Shown here piece by piece: positions 27,418-39,400 of a stretch of 64,000 bases of DNA (positions are counted from its first letter, which is position 1; each line of letters starts with the position of its first letter). Position numbers and translations under genes: made by a program. Source of the DNA: Bacteroidota bacterium (GTDB lineage Bacteria > Bacteroidota > Ignavibacteria > UBA10030); assembly GCA_041695085.1 (NCBI GenBank), contig JBGFRO010000023.1:70559-134558 (forward strand). The letters run 5' to 3'. The notes below the pieces were generated by a model. That model was not told the DNA's origin and made no database searches. It worked only from the letters and a program-made list of their open reading frames with translations.

Positions 27418-30400
27418 GTGGCCCGATTTCTTGACATAGTGCCCCTGTTTACGCGCATCGCAGCCGTGCGACGAGTGCTTCTTGTTCTGTTAGCGCTCGC
27501 CGGCATCAGCCTGCTCGCGCATGCCGATTCGTACCAAAGTCGGCAAACCGGCGTGTGGAGCGCGAAGACGACATGGGTGACCACGACGAACCTGAGTGGT
27601 ACGATCACCGTCTCGACCGCCACTCCCACGGTGACCGGGAGTGGTACGGCCTTTTTGACTGAGTATCAGGTCGGTGATCTTGTCATTCGCAATAACGCTG
27701 CGTTCACGGTTATCGGTACAATCGCAAGCATCGAAAGCAACACTCAGCTTACGCTGACGGCAAATTCTTCGATCAGCGCAAGTGGCATCACATATCGCCG
27801 CGGTCGTGTGCCCGGATCGGCTGACGATGTCACCGTCACCGGCACCAATGTCACCGTCACGCTCGATGCGAATGTCGCTGTGAACAGCCTCTCCGTGACG
27901 CATTTGGGCGGAAACAACACAACAACGACCTTCGATGTCAGCTCTCTCACCCTCAATGTGACCGGCAATGTGTCGGTGGCAGGCGGGTCCGGGAATAGAT
28001 TCGGTCGGCTCCAGGTGGGTGGCGGCGCGCTGACAATCGGGGGAAATTTGAGTATTGCGAATGCGAACGCCACGTTTGATCTCGGAGCAGGTTCCAATAG
28101 CACCCTCAACATTGCCGGATCGATGACGAATAGCGGGACATTCACGCCCGGCACCTCCAGCACCGTCAATTTCAACGGTACTTCCGCACAGACACTTCCC
28201 ATCACTGGCTTTACGTATGCAAACATTCGGCTGAATAACGCCGCCGGAGTAACCTTAGGTGGGGCAATTACGGCGACGAACGTAACCGGCGATATCCGCG
28301 TTCAGTCTGGCATTTTCAGCAACAACGGCAATGGCATCGCTGGCAACGCAGCAAAAACATTCGAGGTTGCCAATGGAGCAATATTCCAAGTAACGGGAAC
28401 CAGCGCCTTCCCATCGAATTTCACAGTCTCGCTCGGAAGCTCGAGCAACGTTGAATACACCGGAACAACGCAAACGGTTTCAGCGCAAACGTACGGAAAC
28501 CTCCTGCTGAGCGGAAGCGGGACAAAGTCATCAACAGCTTCGGTGACCGTCGTCGGTACGTTGACACAGTCAAGCTCCGGCACCTTCAGTTTGGGCGCGA
28601 GTCTCACCGTAAACAAGGTCAACATTACTGCCGGAACGCTTCAAGATAACGGAAATACGATCACCGTTACTGGCACCGGTGCCAATACCTGGGTGATGTC
28701 AGGAACATTTACGACGTCGGGCACCACCATCTTCACCGGCTCTGCGCCGGAGATCGGCAGCTCTAACTTTGCGACACTTCAGATCGACATTGGTGCCGCT
28801 AATACGGCGATTGCTACTGGCGCCTTATCGATGACCAACTTCACGCTGACGAGCGGAACGTTCAATCCGGGAGCGTTCAGCCACACGATCAGCACGAATT
28901 TCACACTGGCGACCGGCACGCGGTTGCTGGTGACACAAACAACCTTTGGCGGCAACTACAGCAAGAATCCGACAACGGTGAGTGGCGGAAGCACGGTCGA
29001 GTATCAAGCCACAGGCTCCACCATTGCAAACTTCACTTATTCCAATCTCACAATCAGTGGCACGGTGACAGGCGCTTCTACAGCGACGGTCGGTGGAGTT
29101 TTCAACGTTACCGGCTCCTTCACCCCATCGGGCGGTACGATCACCTTCACGGATGGTGCGTCGATCACGAATTCCGGTACCGCCACATTCTCCAGTCTGA
29201 CGATCGATAACGGCGCCACGGTGACAACCTCCAGCTCCTTCGGTGTACTTGGGACCCTTTCGGTTGGAACAGGAGGAAACTTTACCCCCTCCGGATCCAG
29301 TACCGTAACGGTCAACGGCGGAACGATTACCAACGCTGGAACGCTCTCTTTCCAAAACCTCACCCTTTCCGCTACCGTCACAGCGAACACGAGCTACGCT
29401 GTCAATGGTGCATTGAGCGTAAGCGGGACGCTCAATGCGACTGTCGGTACGGTGACACTCGGCAACCTCTCCACCTTCACCATCACAAGCGGCAGCGTCT
29501 CCTTCTTTGGTCTGGCGATCTCAGGATCGACGACGGCAAATCAGTCGTACGAAGTGAAAGGTGCGTTGACCGTGACAGTCTCCGGCGTTCTGAATCCGAC
29601 AAGCGGAACGGTAACGGTCAACGGCGGCTCCATCTCTAACAGTGGCACTCTCTCGTTCCAGAACTTGACGACAGCCGGCACGGTGACGATGAATACGAGC
29701 TTCACGGTGAAAGGTTCCTTTACCAATAATGGAACTATCAATCAAACGAGCGGCGTGCTAACGATGAGTGGCGGCTCGTCCATCGGCGGAACCGGCGGCC
29801 TGACGCTGCACAGTCTGACGATCGCAGGTGCAACGACGGGGACGGGAAATTTCACCGTCAACAACGTTTTGACCCTGAATGCAAACCTGGCGATGGGGAG
29901 CAACGTTTTGACGATGGGACCGAGCGCAACGACGAGCGGACTGTTCGATGTGACGGGAAGTGTGCAGCGTACGTCATTCGCGCTCGCGACCGAGTACACG
30001 TTCGGAAGCGCTTATACGACGCTTCAGTTTGCCTCAGCCACAACGCTCCCCACCTCCGTCATCGTCAACACGACTGTCGGAAGCGCCCCTTCAGGCAAAT
30101 CGGATGCGATCAATCGGTATTATCAGATCACCGAAACAGGCGGAACAGGCTACAGCGCAACCTTACGGCTCCGCTACAAAACCGGAGAATTGAACGGCAA
30201 TACCGAGACAACGCTCGAACTGTGGCGTGATATCGGTTCCGGCTATGCCAACTTCGGTCGAAGCGACATCAATACGTCCGATAAATGGGTCCAACGCACA
30301 AACATCTCTGCCCTCAACGCGGGATGGACGCTGGCCAACAAACCGACATTTCTGTTTACAGCGGGGAATAGTGGTGACTGGAACAATCCTGCGACGTGGG

Positions 30401-33400
30401 GCCAGACGGGGACGCCAACGGAGGGAGTCAATTATCCTGGTCCGGTCGACAGCGTCACCATTTCGGATAACTTCACGGTTACTCTGACAGCAAATCATTC
30501 AGCGCTGGCGGTGACAATCCAGGCATCGAATGCCGCTGGGACGACGTTGTTGGATGTCGATACGTACAATCTCGTAATCGGTGCAGGAGGTCTCAGCATA
30601 GTGGGTGGCGATGCTGATACAAAGATCGCCCGCGTGCGAGTTGCAGGCGGAACACTCAGTGTCACGGGACCGATTACGCTCACCGCCTCCTCCGCACCAC
30701 GCGCCGTGCTCGACATCAGCTCCGGTGTCTCAACGCTGAATGTCGGCGGCGCACTCACGAAGAGCGGAACGGCAACCTTCTCCGCCGGTACATCGAGCAG
30801 CGTGAACTTCAATGGCACATCTCCCCAGACCATTGATGTGGCCAACTTCTCGTTTGCGAACGTTCGCGTCAACAACACGCATGCAAATGGAGCCGCGCTC
30901 AATGCGGCGGTGACGACATCCAACCTCTCCGGCAACTTGCGCGTGCTTTCGGGGACCCTCAGCAACGGCGGGTTTGCCATCACAGGCGATCCACTCAAGA
31001 CGTTCGAGGTAGCAAACGGTGTCACGTTTATCCTGACAGGCACGAGCTCCTTCCCAACAGGATTCGGTACGAAGACGCTTGGAGCGACGAGCACAGTCCG
31101 TTATGAAGGAACGACTCAAACAATCGCTCAAGAGTCGTACGGCAATCTGGTGATCGGCGGAAGTGGTGCGAAGTCGGTCAATTCCGCACTCACCATTTCG
31201 GGTACACTGACACATCTCGCCAGCACCACAACGCTTTCCGGTACGTCCGGCGATGATCTTGTCGTCGGAAAGGTCGTGCTCACCGGCGGCACGCTTGTCG
31301 ATAACGGCCGCACGATCATGGTTACGGGTACCGGCGCCGGCACGTGGGATAAGAGTGGTGGGGCCACCTTCACGAGCACAGGTATTACAGTCTTCACAGG
31401 CGCAGCCCCTCAAATTGGCGCCTCGAACTTCTCCACACTTCAAATCAACGTCGGCAGCGGGAATACGGCAACCGCAACCGGGGCGTTAACGCCCGCCAAC
31501 TTCACGCTGACCAGCGGAACGTTCGATCCCGGAGCATACACTCACACGATCTCGACTGATCTGACGCTCAACAGCGGTTCGCGCTTGCTTGTGAAAACAA
31601 CAACCTACGGCGCGAACTACAGCCGAATCCCCGACACGATCCTGAGCGGTAGCACGATCGAGTACACAGCGACCGGCTCGACGGTTGAGACCATCAACTA
31701 CTACAATTTGACGATCAGTGGGACGGTGACCGGCTCTTCAACTGCAAGTGTCGACGGCGTCTTCACTGTTTCCAACTCCTTTGAGCCTTCCGGTGGAACG
31801 ATCACGCTGAACAACGGTGCTTCTCTTGTGAATTCCGGAACGCTGACGTTCAGCAATTTGACCATTGCCAATGCGGCGACGGCCACAACATCCAGCTCGT
31901 TCAGCGTCGGAGGTACCATGTCGGTCGGAACCGGCGCGACGTTTGCTCCGGGCGGAACGGTAACGCTCAACGGTGGTGCGACACTCTCCAACGCGGGCTC
32001 CCTCGTCTTCCAAAACCTGACTCTCGGCGGTGCAGTCACTGCGAACACGAGCTACACGGTGAACGGTACACTTGCCGGCGGGGGAACACTCGATGCCACA
32101 AGCGGAACCGTCACACTCGGTTCCGGCGCGACTATTTCGACGAGCGGTTCCGTGTCGTTCTTCAACCTCACTGTCAACGGCCCTGTGACGGCAAATGCGA
32201 GCTACACTGTCAAGGGAACGCTCACGGTTGGCGCAAGTGGAAATCTCAATCCCACAAGCGGAACCGTGACGTTGACAAATGGCTCCTCTGCGACGAACAG
32301 CGGCGTGCTCTCTTTCTTCAATCTCACTATCTCAGGCACCGTCTCGCTCAATACGAGCTTTACGCTTAAGGGGACCTTGACGAACTCCGGTACGGTCAAC
32401 CAGACCTCCGGCACGCTGACGACGCAGACCGGAGCTGTGATCAGCAATACAGGGACGCTGGAGTTGAATAACCTGACCGTTAGCGGTGCGACAACGGGTT
32501 CAAACAACTTCACCGTGAACGGCACGCTCACGCTCAATGCAACGCTGGCGATGGGAAGCAACATCCTCACGATGGGAAGTAGCAGCGCCACCGCCGGGAC
32601 GGGAGATGTGACGGGAACAGTAAGGAGAACGAGCTTCACCATCGGAACTCCTTACACGTTTGGCAATCAATTCACCTCCATCAACTACACCTCAGCCTCG
32701 GCGTTACCGACCTCTGTGGATGTCGCGATCACGATTGGCTCAGCTCCTCCGGAGAAGAGTGACGCCATTCTCCGGACCTACGCCATCACGCAGAGTGGCG
32801 GGTCTTCGACTGTCGCGACGCTTCGTTTGCATTACCTCGACAGTGAGTTGAACGCGAACGACGAATCGTCCCTCAACCTCTGGCTCAAGAGCGGATCGGT
32901 GTATGTCGATACTGGTTCGACGGCTTTTGACATCACCGACAATTGGGTCGAGCGGTCGGGTTTGACGGCGCTTACAACATCCTGGACGTTGGCCAACTTT
33001 GCGCCGACGGGATTCATTGCTGTGGCGAGTGGGAACTGGAACGCACCAGCCACGTGGGGCTTAAGTGGCACACCGCAGGAGGGAGTGAACTATCCCGGTC
33101 CGAACGACATCGCCAACATCAACGGCAATTTCACGGTCACCGTAACGACGAATCAATCCGTACGGAAGATTGTGATGCAACCGACCGGCACGCCCAAGAC
33201 GGCCCGGGTGAATATCAATGAAGGTCTAACGATGACCGTCGGCACGGGCGGCATTGTGATGACGAGTAATCTGAATGGTCGCGTGGCCCAGATCAACGGC
33301 CCCAGCGTCACGCTCAACGTCAACGGAAGTATTTCGATGAGTGCCGGAAGCACGTCGGATGCCGTCATCAACCTCACGGGCGGCAGCGGCGTCAGCACCA

Positions 33401-36400
33401 TGAATCTGAAGGGGAGTATCTCAAGGACCGACGCAACTTCCGGTACGATCACCTTCAGCAGCAGCGGCATCCTGAACATGAACGGTACCGGCGGACAGAC
33501 GTTGGATGTGCGAAGCTGCACGTTTGGGAATATCCATCTCAACAACACGAGCAGCTCCGGCGTTGAATTACTCGGAGCGATCACCACCACAAACGTCCTC
33601 GGTAATCTCCTGGTACAATCCGGCATCTTTAACAACAGCGGCTATGCCATCGCCGGTAATACGGGCAAGACCTTCCAACTTGGCGCGGGCACAACGTTTA
33701 TTCTCGGCGGTACGAGCAGCTTCCCCACGGGCTTCACCACCTCGATCGATCCAACGAGCACGGTGAACTATTCCGGCGGAGCCCAATCCGTTTCCGATCG
33801 TGCCTACGGCAATCTGATCCTTGGTGGCACGGGCTCCAAAACAATCACCTCATCGATCAGCGTCGCGAACAACTTCACCTATTCTTCGTCTGCGACAACG
33901 TCTCTCTCCGCTACGTCGGGACACAATCTCACAACGAAAACGTTCACGTTGACGGGTGGTACGTTCAATGACAATGGCCGCACGATCACCGTAACGGGAA
34001 CGAATACGCAGGTCTGGAACAAATCGGGGGGTACCTTCAATGCGACGGGAACGGTCAACATCACCGGTGCCGGGGCACAAATTGGCGCCTCGAACTTTGG
34101 GTCGTTGAATATCAACGTGGGCATCGGCAATACGGCGACCGCGCTCGGTGCGCTCACAATGTCCGAATTCACGCTCACCACGGGCACCTTCGATCCCGGT
34201 ACGGCGCTCCACACGATTAGCTCGACCTTCACGATTGGTGACGGGACAACGCTTCTCGTGAGAAACTCCTCCTTCGGCGCCAATTACAGCTCGAATCCCA
34301 CAACGCAATCCGGCAGCACGGTCGATTATATGAACGCGACGGCCTCCATTAGCAATGCCTTCACATACAGAAATTTGAAGGTCTCGGGAAGCGTCACCGG
34401 TGGGACCAACGCGACCGTGAACGAAAAGTTTACCGTGACCGGCACCTTCACGCCGTCAAGTGGAAAGATGATTTTCAATAACGGGGCAGAGATCATCAAC
34501 AACGGCGCACTCACCTTCCGCAAGTTGCAGATCACCAACGGTGCAACGGTCACCTCCTTGAGCAACTTCAGTATCAACGACTCGCTCATCGTTGGACAGA
34601 ATGCGGTCTTCCAGCCCACCGGCACCATCTCATTTGTCACGGGGGGTGCAATCGACGTCAACCCGACCGTGTTGAACGAAGGCATCTTGACCTTCAACAA
34701 CTTGAATGTCTCCGCTCCCGTGAGCACCAGTTCCTCGTTCTCGGTCTCCGGCACAATGAACGTTCAGGCCAACGGAGAGATCAATCCGAGCGCCGGTAAG
34801 ATTGTCTTTACAGGTGGATCGAGTATCGTCAACTCGTCGGTGCTCTCGTTCTACAGAGTGGAGCTCACCGGTCCCGTGACGGCCAATACGAACTTCTCGG
34901 TGAAGGATTCGCTCATCATCGGACCTTCCGGATCCCTCAACCAGACTTCGGGTAGCGTCACTCTGGAGAATGGCGCGAAAGTTCGAAACAATGGAAACTT
35001 AATCTTCAACTCGTTAAGTGTTACCGGCACCGTCACGGTAGACCAGAGCTATTCAGTCACGTCGTCGCTCAATGTCGGTTCGGGCGGCAACCTGACGGCA
35101 ACGGTAGGGACCGTCTCGTTCAGCGGGGGTGCCTCCATTTCGAACACCGGAACGCTCAGCCTGAATAACGTAACGATTGGTTCCGGAACAGCCACGGCCA
35201 ATCAAGGTTTCGCGATCGCTGGAACGCTTACGCTGAACGGCGACCTCGCGATGGGAACGAACATACTCGATCTCGGAACAACGGCCACCATCACCGGTCT
35301 CGGCGATGTCACAGGGTACGTGAGAAGAGCGGGCACGTTCTCCCTCTCCACTTCGTATACGTTCGGGAGTCAGTTTACCTCCATCACGTTCGCTTCCGGC
35401 ACGCCTCCCACGTCGATCACGGTGAATGTCGTGAAAGGATCTGCTCCGGTCGAGAAACCGGAGGCTATCTTGCGCTATAATGACATTTCAGCATCCGGTG
35501 GTGGAACGTATACCGCCACGCTCCGCCTCCGTTTCCTGACCGGTGAGCTGAACGGGAATGATCCCTCCACGCTTTCGCTCTGGAGGAAAGTGGGTGTCTC
35601 ACCCTACGCCGACTCCGGCAGAAGTGCGAACGACCTCGTGAATAATTGGGTCGAAAAGTCCGGCCTGGATGGCATCACCGGAATCTGGACGTTGAGTCGG
35701 CAGAATCCAGGCGGCTTCATTGCCGTACAGACAGGAAGCTGGAACAATCCCGCAACGTGGGGCCTGAGTGGTACGCCCACAGAGGGTATCAACTATCCGG
35801 GTCCTTCCGACATCGCGAACATCATCAACAATGTCACAGTGACCCTCACGGCCAACCAGTCCGCGTTGCGTGTAAATGTTGAAGGTCCGACATCTGATGG
35901 CACAGCGTTGCTGGAAGTGGGTGCGTACACGCTTACCATCGGCACGGGGGGACTCCGTTTGACGGGGGGTACGTCCGACAGTCGCATTGCCAAAGTTACT
36001 GTCGCCGGCGGCACGATAAGCGTGAATGGGGATGTCATCTTCAATACGTCGTCGGCTGTGAGGTCTCAGCTCGATCTCAGTCTCGGTTCGAATAGCGTTC
36101 TCGCTCTGACCGGCGCGATGACGAAGAATACGGCGGGAACCTTCGTGCCGGGAACAACGGGTGTCGTCAACTTCACCAGCACAACGGGTGGTCAAACACT
36201 CAACGTCTCTGCCTTTACGTTCTCCAATATTCGGGTGAACAACACGGGAGGCGGCCTCGCTCCCGATGCCGCGATCACGACTTCGAACGTGACGGGTGAC
36301 ATCCGGGTGCAATCGGGAGCCTTCAACAACGGAGGATTTGCGATCGCGGGGAATACCGGTAAGACGCTTGAAGTCGCAAACGGCGCCACCTTTAACCTCA

Positions 36401-39400
36401 CCGGTACCAGCTCCTTCCCAACCGGATTCACAATTTCGCTCGGAACAACGAGTACAGTGAATTATGCGGGAACCGGTCAGACGATTTCGAACCAATCTTA
36501 CGGAAATTTGACTCTCAGTGGTTCAGGTGGGCATTCCATCTCCACAGCGTTGAACGTCGCCGGTACCTTTACGTATTCCAGCTCCGGCACAACCTCTCTT
36601 TCCTCTACGGCGGGACATGATCTTACCACCAACAAGTTCCTCCAGACTGCGGGAACGTTTTCCGATGCAGGCAGGACGATCATCGTCACCGGCAGTGGAT
36701 CCTCAACTTGGTCCAAAACGGGCGGAACGTTCAACGCAACAGGGATCGTTCGTTTCACCGGCTCCGCTCCGCAGATAGGAGCATCGAACTTTGCGACGCT
36801 CGAGATCGACGTTACAGGCGGTAATACGGCGAGCGCAATAGGCTCGCTTACACCAACCCACCTCGTTCTGACCTCAGGCACGTTCGATCCCGGCTCCTCT
36901 CTTCACACCATTGCGACCAACTTCACACTGGCCTCGGGCTCGACGTTGAAGGTGAATACCTCCACCTTCGCCGGAAATTATTCGAAGTCTCCGACCACCG
37001 TCAGTTCAAACTCGACAGTCGATTACACCAGTTCGACTGCCACGCTCTCGAATGCTTTCACCTACGCGAATTTGCGGGTAAGCGGAACGGTCACAGGCTC
37101 CTCATCGCCCGCCGTGGGAGGTGCGTTTACGGTGACCGGTACGTTCAACAACCCGGGCGGAACGGTCACGTTGAACAACGGCGCTTCCATCGTGGTCTCG
37201 GGCGGAACGTTAAACTTCAGCAACCTCACTGTGGCGGCCGGCGATACTGCTACGTCGGCTTCCAGCTTTGGTGTGTACGGCGCCCTCAGTGTCGGAACAG
37301 GCGCGACCTTCACTCCCTCCGGTACGGTGACCATGTTCGGTGGATCGAGTATCAGCAATTCCGGCTCATTGACGTTCGGGACACTCTTCGTGGCTGGTAC
37401 GATCACGGCCAACACCTCCTACAGCGTCTCACAGTCACTCAGTATCGGTCTTGCCGGCGATCTGACGGCGACCTCCGGCACTGTGACGATGACGGGGACC
37501 TCGACCATCAGCAATCTCAACGCCCTGCAACTTTACACCGTCGTCTTCAGCGGCACAACGACGAGCTCCTCGAACTTCTCTGTTGCTCAATCTCTGAGTG
37601 TTGGAGCATCCGGAAGCTTCACCGCATCGGGCGGCACCGTTACGATGAACGGCGGTTCCTCCATCGCCAACTCGAACTCACTCACCTTCTATAACGTGAC
37701 GACGGGATCCGGCACGATTACGTCGTCTTCAGACTTCAACGTAGCGGGGACACTCACTGTCGGCGCAGGCTCCACGTTCAATCCGACCGGCACGATTACG
37801 ATGAACGCCGGCTCGGCAATAACAATTTCCGGCTCCTCGTCGTTCAACCATCTCACGATCGCAGGAGGGACGGTCACCGGCAATACGAACATCACCGTGA
37901 GCGGTACTCTGACCCTCAACGGTACTTTTGCAATGGGCTCCAATATCCTCGATCTCGGTGTGTCGACCCCCTTGATTGCTGGAACGGGGGATGTGACGGG
38001 CAACGTGCGACGGCAAGGTACGTTCGTGACGGGAACGGCATATTCATTCGGCAATCGATTTACTTCGATCAACTTTGCGAGCGGGTCGCTGACCGGCTCG
38101 GTCACGTTCAACATCTCCATCGGTTCGGCTCCCGCAGAAAAGCTTGACGCGATTCTCCGTAAGTATGCTGTGACGGAATCCGGCATCTCCGGATACTCGG
38201 CGACCGTTCGCTTGCATTATCTCGACAGTGAGTTGAATGGTAACACTGCATCGGCGATGACGCTCTGGTACAAATCCGGCTCATCATACATCAATCAGGG
38301 CCGCACAGGGTCGGTTGATGAGACCGATAAGTGGGTTGAGAAAAACTCCATTACAGCTTTGGTAGGAGACTGGACTTTAGCGAATCAGCCTGCGGTCGGT
38401 TTCACGACCGTCGCAACGGGGAATTGGAATGATCCCGCCACGTGGGGTCTAACAGGCACACCGACAGAAGGGGTCAACTATCCCGGCCCGACAGACATTG
38501 CCAACGTAACGGGTGGGTTTACCGTCACCATCAGTGCCACTCACTCTGTGTTGACGTTGAATGTCACAGGGAACACGAACGGTCCCGCAGTCTTGAGTGT
38601 CGGGGCTCAATCACTTACAGTGAACGGAAACATGACACTCACCGGCGGCAATACGAACGCCCGGTATGCACGCGTGAACGTTGCTGGTGGTACGCTAACG
38701 GTAAAAGGTAACATCACCTTCTCGACGGGCACGGCGGTTCGTGCCGTGCTCGACCTGAGCGGCGCTGCGAATAGCGTCTTAAACATCGGCGGGACGATGT
38801 CCAAGAATACACAAGGTACTTTCACTCCGGGCACATCGAGCATCACCAACTACAACGGCACGTCGGCACAAACGATCAACGTCACGAACTTCACATATGC
38901 TCACCTGCATACGAACAACACGAGCGGCAGCGGCGCCTCGCTTGGCGCTGCCATTACAGCGACCAATGTCACCGGCAATCTCCGGGTCCAGTCCGGCATC
39001 TTCTCGAATGCCGGTTTCGGCGTTACCGGTGGAGCCGGCGATACGATTGAAGTTTCCTCCAATGCCAAACTGCAGCTCACTGGCACAACTGGCTTCCCGA
39101 CGGGATTCAGCACGACGACGCTCGCCTCCACGAGCACCGTGGAATATCTGGGAACGACGCAATCCGTTGCAAACCTTCCCTACGGAAATCTGACCCTGGG
39201 CGGCACCGGCAGCAAGACGATCGCATCGGCACTTTCCGTTACCGGAACGTTCACCTATTCCAGCTCCGCTTCCACAAGTCTGTCAGGTACTGCGGGACAC
39301 GATCTGACCACCGGCAAGTTCGTCCTCAGCAACGGAACGTTTGTGGATAATGGCAGGACGATCCTCGTTACAGGTACCGGCAGTGGAGTCTGGAACAAGT